Source: a virus
Taxonomy: Duplodnaviria; Heunggongvirae; Uroviricota; Caudoviricetes
DNA length: 7,256 nucleotides
Virus record (IMG/VR): IMGVR_UViG_2778261296_000008
Direction: 5' to 3' (one strand)
Shown: positions 1 to 6,692 of the stretch, one piece after another
Layout of the letters: each line of letters opens with the position of its first letter
How positions within the stretch are numbered: position 1 is the stretch's first letter
Translations under genes and position numbers: made by a program
Notes under the pieces: model-generated
What the model saw: the letters and a program-made list of their open reading frames with translations, nothing else
Databases searched by the model: none
What the model was told of the DNA's origin: nothing

Positions 1-219
1 TCACATCCACATAATTTGCTGCCCTGACGGCAACGGGTGCGGCCTTACGGCGTGGACTTCTCCCGGCTTCACGATGTATCTCTGTACCGACTCATAGGTG
101 ATGAACGTGGCGCTGCAATTCACGTTCTGACACTGGTGATAACGCTCTTTTGTCGTGTCAGTGATATAGCGGCTTGTACGCGCATGTGCGGCATGCTGGC
201 ATAAAGGACAATGAAACAT
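1..219 (-). CDS. ogr: Ogr, zinc-finger late-gene transcriptional activator (72 aa)
   Basis: Translation from the ATG at 219..217 gives MFHCPLCQHAAHARTSRYITDTTKERYHQCQNVNCSATF..., with the Cys4/Cys7/Cys30/Cys35 zinc-finger spacing (C-x2-C-x22-C-x4-C) of the P2 Ogr/Delta family. A GAGG Shine-Dalgarno lies just upstream. Stop codon TGA at 3..1. The track ORF (1..282) runs further upstream, but the 72-aa product from 219 matches the known Ogr length. Confidence 0.88.
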   Translation of the reverse strand: MFHCPLCQHAAHARTSRYITDTTKERYHQCQNVNCSATFITYESVQRYIVKPGEVHAVRPHPLPSGQQIMWM

Positions 220-253
220 CGCGAGCACCTCTTCCGGTTTTGTTGATGGTGCC

Positions 254-282
254 ATTTTAGTTAATTTATCCTTATAAAACAA
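254..282 (-). promoter_or_regulatory. Candidate sigma70 promoter for ogr
   Basis: On the coding strand the D-ogr spacer reads TTGTTT (282..277), then 17 nt, then TAAAAT (259..254). This is a good -35/-10 pair with optimal spacing about 35 bp upstream of the ogr ATG. Prediction from sequence only. Confidence 0.4.
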
Positions 283-300
283 ACAGATAAAATAAAAACA

Positions 301-1464
301 TCACTCATCATCTTCTGTTTCGTACTCCACATCAGAAAGCCTGACCTCAAGCTCTAAGGACGTCGTGAAGCCGCTATTATTCAGAAAATGTGTCACCTTA
401 GTGATTGTCCAGTCCTGCTCGTCTATGACGCGCTTAAAGCCTGACACTTTGACCGGCGTTTCCGTGTAAATATCTGCCCGACCGGTAGCCAGGCTGATGG
501 AGAACTCCGCAACACCCCGTTGCAGTTTATCCCACTTCGCCTGAGCGGCGCGCATGGCCTGTGCTTTCGTGGCATATACCGTGGTCAGGGCAAAAACGTT
601 GTCAGCCTCACCGGCCATGTATTCACCTTCGCGCGCTTCCGGTACTTTTGGCGCTTTCTTCTGCGTGACTGGTTTCGCTTTCGGGTGCTCCAGTGCGCGC
701 AGGTGTTTCTCTTTCTTTTTGCGTTTCAGTTTTACCTTCTGCTTTTGCGGCTTCGGGTCTTTGGTGTGTAACCACTTTGCCGTTACGCCGGTGTAGGCTC
801 CACGGTCAGCAATCGCAAAATGATGACGGTCGCCGTCGCTGCGGGTGATGGTGACCTGCTGGATTTTTTTACCGCTGGCCGTCACCCCCTGCCCCGCTTT
901 GAGAAACAACAATTTTCCCATTTTTACCGACACCTCACCGCCGTTGCGTTCTGCAAGACGGGTCAGGAATTTCGCATCAGACTCCTGCGACTGGTCGATG
1001 TGCGGGATTTTAATTCCGGCCAGTGACGGAGCGACACTGGCTTCCAGCCTGTTACGGGAGGCTATCGCCTCAACAATCGCACCGAGCGTGGTGTCATGCC
1101 ATGAGCCTTCACGGCGGGAATTGAGCGTCCCGCGAAAATCTGCACTCCGGGCGCGGATGGTGACCACATCCGGTGCGCCCCGGTGTTCAACCTCATCAAC
1201 GGTAAATTTCCCTTTGCATACCAGGGCAAAACCTTTCCAGCCGATATACACCGTCAGGACAGCGCCACGAACCGGTAGTCCGACCTGCCCGTCGGCATCG
1301 TTCAGTTCAATATCAAGCTGGTCAGCCTCAAAGCCCCGGTTATCCGTCAGGGTCATGCTCATCAGACGGTCGCTGATATTGCCGGTAATATCCCTGCTGT
1401 CGAGCATCAGCATGTAATCCGGCGTCAGCGTACTGCCTGCATCAAATGTCAGTGCATCCAGCAT
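301..1464 (-). CDS. D: Tail protein gpD (P2 D-like late tail gene, 387 aa)
   Basis: A 387-aa ORF of the same length as P2 gpD, immediately downstream of U. Its ATG (1464..1462) overlaps the U stop codon as TAATG, which suggests translational coupling. It contains a Lys-rich basic segment at about residues 234-275. Confidence 0.88.
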   Translation of the reverse strand: MLDALTFDAGSTLTPDYMLMLDSRDITGNISDRLMSMTLTDNRGFEADQLDIELNDADGQVGLPVRGAVLTVYIGWKGFALVCKGKFTVDEVEHRGAPDVVTIRARSADFRGTLNSRREGSWHDTTLGAIVEAIASRNRLEASVAPSLAGIKIPHIDQSQESDAKFLTRLAERNGGEVSVKMGKLLFLKAGQGVTASGKKIQQVTITRSDGDRHHFAIADRGAYTGVTAKWLHTKDPKPQKQKVKLKRKKKEKHLRALEHPKAKPVTQKKAPKVPEAREGEYMAGEADNVFALTTVYATKAQAMRAAQAKWDKLQRGVAEFSISLATGRADIYTETPVKVSGFKRVIDEQDWTITKVTHFLNNSGFTTSLELEVRLSDVEYETEDDE

Positions 1465-1943
1465 TATCCCGCCCCCGTCATACCCGTGAATTTAGTCGCC
1501 ATACTGCCAGCCTTACCGATGAGCGATTCCGCCTGTTTACCGATATCGCCATAAAGCGCGGCCAGTGATTCATCAACGCGGGTGAGCGACAGCGTAAAAT
1601 CAATTTTCCGGGGTGTGCCGTCTGCAAAGAAAATACTCCCTGTTTCACTCACCTTGCTGATGACATACATGCCGTAAATCATGCCGGTGCCATCCAGCAA
1701 CGGCCACGCCCGCCCCTCCTCTGCCATCAGCCTGAGCGTGGTCATCGTCAGCTTGCCGCCGGTCAGTTCGGGATAAAGCACACCGGCAAGCGTGATGTTT
1801 TCCTCACCCACACCGAGAAACTGAAAAGCGTCCCGTTTACCTATACGGGAATTTGACGGCCAGCGATAATCTGATTCACGCTGCATGGTCTGGTGTGGCA
1901 GCGTCTGGCGCATAAAAACAAACATACCTAACGCGAGCATCAT
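1464..1943 (-). CDS. U: Tail protein gpU (159 aa)
   Basis: A 159-aa ORF of the same length and position as P2 gpU, between T and D. A strong Shine-Dalgarno (TAAGGAGGTGACGAAAA-ATG) lies upstream. Stop codon TAA at 1466..1464 shares one nucleotide with the D start. Confidence 0.88.
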   Translation of the reverse strand: MMLALGMFVFMRQTLPHQTMQRESDYRWPSNSRIGKRDAFQFLGVGEENITLAGVLYPELTGGKLTMTTLRLMAEEGRAWPLLDGTGMIYGMYVISKVSETGSIFFADGTPRKIDFTLSLTRVDESLAALYGDIGKQAESLIGKAGSMATKFTGMTGAG

Positions 1944-1957
1944 TTTTCGTCACCTCC

Positions 1958-4405
1958 TTAACCGTCATGCATCATGCTGGCACGGGCGCGCGCACGTTTA
2001 TCCCGCTCGTATTTTTCGAGCGCATCCTGTAACTGGCGGTCGAGCTGTGTCCCCGGCGCAGTACCACCCGTCAGGCTGATGTGATATTCGTTTTTACTCT
2101 GGTCCACATAAGAGCGGCCAGCCGGTGCCGTGACCGGCTGATAAGCCTGATAGCCTGCATAAGAGCTGGTCGCCGGAATATAACCACCGGTGCCATACGT
2201 GGCGGCATGAGTTCTGGCGGCGGTCTGGTCAAGTGTGTCTGACTCTTTGTTGATGACCCCGAGCTTTTCCAGTACCCAGTCAATGCCGCTGCGCAGTTTG
2301 TTGAACGCATTAAGCGGCAGCATCAGTGCGTCAGCCAGTGCCTGCCCGAACATGACGCCCGTGTCACGGCAACGGTTCAGGGTGTCCTGGGTGGCTTTAA
2401 CCGGGGCAATCAGGTTTTTAAACCACTGCCACGCGGCCTGTAACTTTTCGCCCAGCCAGTCAAACACCGGCTTCAGTGGCGTGAACAGTTCTCCCACCGG
2501 CGCAAATGCCGCTTTCAGCCCTTCCACCACACCGCCAAAGAATGCGCTGACAGGCTCCCAGTATTTACGGATAAGCAACGCCCCGGCGACAATTGCAGCC
2601 ACCACGGCCACAACCGGCCAGCTAATCGCCCCGATGGCCGTCATAACGGCACTACCAACCGTCGTGAAGATTGCCCCCATTGCGCCTGCTGCCGCGATGA
2701 TGGCATTGATGCCGGTGATAACCGGCCAGGCTACAAGACCAATTGCACCGATGATGCCAGTAAGCGCCAGCGCGCCACCGGCAATGATGCCAATGGTTGA
2801 CGCCAGTGATTTGTTTTTCTGTATCCAGCCGTCGAGTTTTAACACATACTTTGTGGCCGTCTGCGTGAGATTACGCAGTGCGCCTTCCTGCTGGTCAAAC
2901 AGGTCAGTCCCCACCGCCTCATAAGCGGACTGAAACTCCTTAAAATCACCTCCGAGGTTGTCCTGCATGATATTTACCAGTTCTGCGGTCTTTCCGTCTG
3001 AGGCTTTAAACGCAGCGGTCAGTTTGTCCAGCTTTCCGGTTGAGGCGGCAGTCATCAGCACGGCGGCGGCTGAACTGGCCTCCTCCCCGAAAATGGTTTT
3101 CATGTATTCAGCCTGCTGGGCAGTACCGAGCCGGTTTTTCTCAAAACTGGCCTGCATTTCTTTCAGAATGGTAAATACTGGTCGGGTGTTTCCCTTACTG
3201 TCTGAGGTTTTCACACCAAGCTCTTTGAGTGCATCCCATGCTTTTCCCGTCGGTGCCTGCAGGCGGCTTAACACGGCACGGCTTCCCGTCCCCGCCATTG
3301 AGCCTGTGATTTTTGCATCATGCAGCGCCCCGACCATTGCGGCGGTTTCTTCAATGCTGACACCGGCATTTTTTGCCACAGGTGCGGCATAGGTCAGCGC
3401 ATCGCTCATGCCGTCAAAATCGGCGGCGGTTTTGTTCATCGTCATGGAGAGAACATCCCCGATATGAGCGACCTTATCGTTTGAAAGCTGAAAGGCGGAT
3501 TTCATCCCCATCAGCAGGGCGGCATTTTCTTCCATCGTGCGACGGTTCGCCAGCGCCATATTCAACGTGACCGGCGTTGCCGCCTGAATGGCATCAACAT
3601 CCCCACCGGCTTTCGCGATAATAATCTGCGCACCGGCTGCATCATCCGCCGAGGCGGCGGTATTGTCGCCGAGCTGGCGCGCCTGCTTGCGTAGTGCAGC
3701 CATTTCGGCGGAGTCTTTTGCCACACCGAGCACAGCCTGCAATTCTGAGTTTTTCTGCGCAAACTCATAACCGGGCATCAGCAACTTAACTCCGGCCATC
3801 GTTCCCGCCGCCGCAATCCCCACACCGGCAGCGCCCACTGAGGCCATATTTCCGGCCAGTTCCTTTCCGGCCTGATAACGCTGTTTTACTGCGTTAAGTT
3901 TTGCCTGTTGTGCACTGACACGCGCCAGCGCGTCGCGCTGTCGGTTAAGCTGTGCGGTGGTTTCACTGATACGGTTTTTCAGTCCCTGCTCATCATGTGC
4001 AAGATTGCGGGTATTAATTCCCACAGCGGCCAGTTCCCGCTGCTGGCGTTTAACGGAGTCTGTCAGGCGGTTATATTTCGCCTGTAAATCCTCCGCCGCA
4101 CGCTTTGCGGATTCCAGCACTTTCGCCTGAGCACGTGTCGGACGTTCGGTGTTTTTAAACTGTGTGGCAAGGGCTTCGGCCTCCTGCCGTGCCTTTTCAA
4201 GTGCATGACCAGTCACGGCAAGCTGTGCACTGGTCTTGCGAAATCCCTCAATACGGGATGCGTGACCGTTCATCTCGCGCAGTGATTTTTGTGTTTCCCG
4301 GATATCCCCCGACAGCGACTTACTCGCTGTGCGGATGGATTTAAACGGGCGGGATGCCTGGTCAACAGCCCTGAGCAATACCTGTAATTTTACATTGTTA
4401 CTCAT
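1958..4405 (-). CDS. T: Tail tape measure protein gpT (815 aa)
   Basis: An 815-aa ORF of the same length as P2 gpT. The N-terminal third is helical and rich in Q/R/A/E/K (coiled-coil-like). A long Gly/Ala/Ile-rich hydrophobic segment at about residues 533-612 is typical of tape measure proteins. Its ATG (4405..4403) overlaps the E' stop codon. Confidence 0.9.
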   Translation of the reverse strand: MSNNVKLQVLLRAVDQASRPFKSIRTASKSLSGDIRETQKSLREMNGHASRIEGFRKTSAQLAVTGHALEKARQEAEALATQFKNTERPTRAQAKVLESAKRAAEDLQAKYNRLTDSVKRQQRELAAVGINTRNLAHDEQGLKNRISETTAQLNRQRDALARVSAQQAKLNAVKQRYQAGKELAGNMASVGAAGVGIAAAGTMAGVKLLMPGYEFAQKNSELQAVLGVAKDSAEMAALRKQARQLGDNTAASADDAAGAQIIIAKAGGDVDAIQAATPVTLNMALANRRTMEENAALLMGMKSAFQLSNDKVAHIGDVLSMTMNKTAADFDGMSDALTYAAPVAKNAGVSIEETAAMVGALHDAKITGSMAGTGSRAVLSRLQAPTGKAWDALKELGVKTSDSKGNTRPVFTILKEMQASFEKNRLGTAQQAEYMKTIFGEEASSAAAVLMTAASTGKLDKLTAAFKASDGKTAELVNIMQDNLGGDFKEFQSAYEAVGTDLFDQQEGALRNLTQTATKYVLKLDGWIQKNKSLASTIGIIAGGALALTGIIGAIGLVAWPVITGINAIIAAAGAMGAIFTTVGSAVMTAIGAISWPVVAVVAAIVAGALLIRKYWEPVSAFFGGVVEGLKAAFAPVGELFTPLKPVFDWLGEKLQAAWQWFKNLIAPVKATQDTLNRCRDTGVMFGQALADALMLPLNAFNKLRSGIDWVLEKLGVINKESDTLDQTAARTHAATYGTGGYIPATSSYAGYQAYQPVTAPAGRSYVDQSKNEYHISLTGGTAPGTQLDRQLQDALEKYERDKRARARASMMHDG

Positions 4406-4825
4406 TCGTGTTTCCGCTTCGCCGGAGCGCCTTTTCGCGCCATGTGATGAGTTCGGTCAGGCTCATGGGATACAGTTCTGATGGCGGCCAGTGAAATATC
4501 ACTGCCACATCCGCCATCAGGTCATCGACCGAGAGATTTTTCGGAAACGTCACTGCACCGAGTTCGGCGACAAAAAACCGACCACCTTACCGGCCAGCGC
4601 CACAAGGTCAGGCAGTTCCAGCGCGGCGACTTCCTGCTCGGTCAGCATCGGTGCCGTCATGCGCGGCAGCACCTTAATCAGTGCATCGACTTCTGAGTTT
4701 GCGACCGCAGCCAGACTGACACCGCGCAGCGTCCCGGCACTGGGTTTCATCAGCGTGACCTGTTCGATGACCTGCTCACCACGCTTGACCGGATTGTCCA
4801 GGGTAATCACATTTTCTTTGTTCAT
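4398..4825 (-). CDS. E+E': gpE+E' tail chaperone, programmed -1 ribosomal frameshift product (about 142 aa)
   Basis: A -1 slip on T TTT TTG (4577..4571) continues in the -1 frame as ...GFFVAELGAVTFPKNLSVDDLMADVAVIFHWPPSELYPMSLTELITWREKALRRSGNTNE, ending at TAA 4400..4398. That is 84 + 1 + 57 = 142 aa, matching P2 E+E' and the conserved G/GT-like chaperone frameshift found upstream of tape measure genes. Worked out by hand from the sequence. Confidence 0.8.
4550..4825 (-). CDS. E: Tail assembly chaperone gpE (91 aa, unshifted product)
   Basis: A 91-aa ORF between FII and T, MNKENVITLDNPVKRGEQ...GFLSPNSVQ, ending at TGA 4552..4550. It contains the slippery heptamer T TTT TTG (4577..4571) seven codons before its stop. 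Confidence 0.88.
   Translation of the reverse strand: MNKENVITLDNPVKRGEQVIEQVTLMKPSAGTLRGVSLAAVANSEVDALIKVLPRMTAPMLTEQEVAALELPDLVALAGKVVGFLSPNSVQ
4571..4577 (-). other. Slippery heptamer T_TTT_TTG for the E/E' -1 frameshift
   Basis: The plus strand reads caaaaaa at 4571..4577, which is TTTTTTG on the coding strand in the X_XXY_YYZ register of the E frame (GGT TTT TTG). Confidence 0.8.
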
Positions 4826-4853
4826 GGTTTTCTCACTTCTGAATCAGGGTTAA

Positions 4854-4874
4854 CCGGTCAGCCTGGCTGACCGG
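4854..4874 (-). other. Perfect 21-nt palindrome (stem-loop) in the FII-E spacer
   Basis: ccggtcagc-ctg-gctgaccgg: a 9-bp GC-rich stem with a 3-nt loop, 8 nt downstream of the FII stop. It is not followed by a U-tract on the coding strand, so it is not a canonical intrinsic terminator. Confidence 0.5.
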
Positions 4875-4881
4875 ATGAAAA

Positions 4882-5400
4882 TCACAGGCCGATATTGCGG
4901 CGGTGTTGCTCCAGCCGGTCGACGCCGTTCACCTTCTCAATCATGTTGATGGTGTCGATTTCGACCAGCTCCTTACCGTCCATCGTCAGCCGGAAATAGG
5001 TGCAGACCACGGAGATTTTCGACTCAGTGTCTTCTCCCTGTTTCCCCTCGCCGGTGTCGATTTCTTTCTGACGGCCACGCATGACCACCTCGACGGCCAC
5101 CGTTTCGCCGGTATCGTCGCGCTGGTAAGAGCCTGCAAAACGAATCGGCACGGCATCCACACCGGTTGCGGCGTAAAGCTCCCAGATAACCGAATCCGGG
5201 AAGCCCCCGAGCGACCACTCCATTGACAGCGCATCGTCATCAAGGCCGAGGTCTACCGGTGCGCTGCCGTTCATCCCCGCACCGCGATAGTTTTCGAGCT
5301 TACGGGTCAGTTTTGGCAGCGTGACGGACTTTGCAACGCCCTGATAGCTGTAGCCGTTCAGAAAGACGTTCATTAACTTGAGTTTGCGCGGCATTGCCAT
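4882..5400 (-). CDS. FII: Tail tube protein gpFII (172 aa)
   Basis: A 172-aa ORF of the same length as P2 FII, immediately downstream of the sheath gene. A GGAG Shine-Dalgarno sits in the 12-bp FI-FII spacer. Stop codon TGA at 4884..4882. Confidence 0.9.
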   Translation of the reverse strand: MAMPRKLKLMNVFLNGYSYQGVAKSVTLPKLTRKLENYRGAGMNGSAPVDLGLDDDALSMEWSLGGFPDSVIWELYAATGVDAVPIRFAGSYQRDDTGETVAVEVVMRGRQKEIDTGEGKQGEDTESKISVVCTYFRLTMDGKELVEIDTINMIEKVNGVDRLEQHRRNIGL

Positions 5401-5412
5401 CGGTCAGGCTCC

Positions 5413-6603
5413 TTAATTGCTGTTAACCGAGGTGACCAGATTTGCCAGGTATTTATCGGTAATACGCTGGCGCAGGGTCAGGTTTTCAAGAGGAGGCACC
5501 GGTGTATAGTCGTAGTCGATATACAGTTTTCCGGCCTTGAGGGTTTCCGCATCGTTGGATTCTTCGCTGAACCAGCAGGTCGCATCCACGATATAGCCGT
5601 TTGTTTTCAGCTCACGGAATTTGGCATTAATGCCGTCAACGATGTCGCGAATCAGCGTTGCGGTGATGGGCTTGTCCACCGCCCACATGTGCGCCTCAGC
5701 CATCGTGTCGGCCAGCACCTGCGCGGTGCGGGTGTAGTTTTCAAAGAGGAACAGCGGGTCATCAGAGCAGGTACGGTTACCCCAGAAGCGGAAACCGTCA
5801 CGGCGAATCAGCGTTGTGACGCCTGACTCATTCAGCAGGTCAGCATCGGTGCCGGACTCCTGCAAATCCCAGAATACAGATGCGCTGATGCCGGTAACAC
5901 CGTTCACCCCAACGTTGGACAGTGTTTTATGCCAGCCCTGCTCCTGGTCGATTTTAGCGCGCAGACCCAGCGCACGGGCGGTGGCATACGCGGTGGCGGT
6001 GGTACTGGTGACCGTATCCCATGCGAGGAAATCCGGCCAGATGACCATCAACTCACGCTGGCTGAAATTCTGGCGGTAGGCTTTCACCTCGGAAATAGTT
6101 TTACAGCCCCATGCGCTGATATACCCGAAAGCGCGCAGCTTCTGACAGACTGATGCCAGTGCAACAGCCACCTCTTTGGTATCCAGCCCCGGCACACCGA
6201 GAATACGCGGTTTAACACCGGTTACCGACTCCGCCGCCAGCAGGGCTTTTAGTCCGGTGTACTGACCGTTTTCGTCGGTGGTGCCGATGATATTGGAAAC
6301 GGTCTGCGCGAGTTTCGTTTCCTCGTCATCACCGGTGCCGTCTTCCACGCGCACGACAACGGTGACCGGTTTTGACTGGTCAGCGATGGCCTGCAACGAT
6401 GCCGCCAGCGTGCCTTTTTTACCGGCCTTTGCAATTGCGCTCTGCACATTGGTAATCAGCACAGGTTTATTGAGGGGGAAGGTTTCCGCATCCGCATCGC
6501 TGGCCGTGCAGACCATGCCGACAATGGCAGTGGATACGGTGGAAATGACGCGGGTGCCGTCGTTAATCTCCAGCACCTGCACGCCGTGATGATAGTCACT
6601 CAT
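5413..6603 (-). CDS. FI: Contractile tail sheath protein gpFI (396 aa)
   Basis: A 396-aa ORF of the same length as P2 FI, first gene of the FI-FII-E-T-U-D operon. Shine-Dalgarno GGAG lies 8 nt upstream of the ATG (6603..6601). Stop codon TAA at 5415..5413. Confidence 0.9.
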   Translation of the reverse strand: MSDYHHGVQVLEINDGTRVISTVSTAIVGMVCTASDADAETFPLNKPVLITNVQSAIAKAGKKGTLAASLQAIADQSKPVTVVVRVEDGTGDDEETKLAQTVSNIIGTTDENGQYTGLKALLAAESVTGVKPRILGVPGLDTKEVAVALASVCQKLRAFGYISAWGCKTISEVKAYRQNFSQRELMVIWPDFLAWDTVTSTTATAYATARALGLRAKIDQEQGWHKTLSNVGVNGVTGISASVFWDLQESGTDADLLNESGVTTLIRRDGFRFWGNRTCSDDPLFLFENYTRTAQVLADTMAEAHMWAVDKPITATLIRDIVDGINAKFRELKTNGYIVDATCWFSEESNDAETLKAGKLYIDYDYTPVPPLENLTLRQRITDKYLANLVTSVNSN

Positions 6604-6628
6604 CCGTTTAACTCCGTGGTTAATGGGT

Positions 6629-6692
6629 GAGTGGTATTTTCAGTTGTGCCGGAGATGTCAGGCTATTTGTCCCGGTTGGCTAAGGGATGACA
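6629..6692 (-). promoter_or_regulatory. Candidate Ogr-dependent late promoter P_F upstream of FI
   Basis: P2 late promoters carry a TGT-N12-ACA element centred near -55. The coding strand has TGTCATCCCTTAGCCAAC (6692..6675; TGT-N12-AAC, one mismatch). About 55 bp downstream of its centre is a -10-like GAAAAT (6641..6636), with no properly spaced -35, as expected for an activator-dependent promoter. The predicted start is about 25 nt upstream of the FI ATG. The element lies inside the 3' end of the invertase ORF. Confidence 0.35.

Noticed and set aside
1-282. Longer 93-aa form of the ogr ORF starting at 282
   Set aside because: The extra 21 N-terminal codons overlap the predicted ogr -35 element and lack a Shine-Dalgarno. 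The internal ATG at 219 has a GAGG ribosome-binding site and gives the 72-aa Ogr with the zinc finger starting at Cys4.
520-1417. Plus-strand ORFs at 520..771, 554..796, 820..1026 and 845..1417
   Set aside because: They are antisense to gpD. The Phe/Leu/Cys-rich translations are the mirror of the Lys/Glu-rich D segment, and there is no Shine-Dalgarno or family resemblance.
2235-2924. 229-aa plus-strand ORF, plus similar plus-strand ORFs at 2958..3392, 3373..3570 and 3588..3770
   Set aside because: All lie entirely antisense to the tape measure gene T. Their translations are low-complexity (Ala/Ser/Pro/Thr-rich) with no start context or recognisable domain, as expected for the reverse strand of a GC-rich, Ala/Gly-rich gene.
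4481-4853. Plus-strand ORFs 4481..4696 and 4491..4853
   Set aside because: They are antisense to E and the E' extension. The region is fully explained by the E/E+E' frameshift pair.
4903-5243. Nested ORFs in the FII region: plus strand 4903..5226 and minus strand 4986..5243 and 5024..5218
   Set aside because: They are out-of-frame or antisense overlaps within the tail tube gene. The Arg/Gly-rich translations are typical of off-frame reading of GC-rich coding DNA.
5816-6589. Plus-strand ORFs 5816..6079, 5929..6153 and 6278..6589, and minus-strand ORF 6249..6449
   Set aside because: They lie inside the sheath gene FI, antisense or in an alternative frame, and have no independent support.
6652-6657. 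TGACAT -35-like hexamer upstream of FI
   Set aside because: Only 13 nt separate it from the nearest -10-like hexamer (GAAAAT, 6641..6636), too short for a sigma70 promoter. An activator-dependent (Ogr) late promoter without a -35 is the better explanation.
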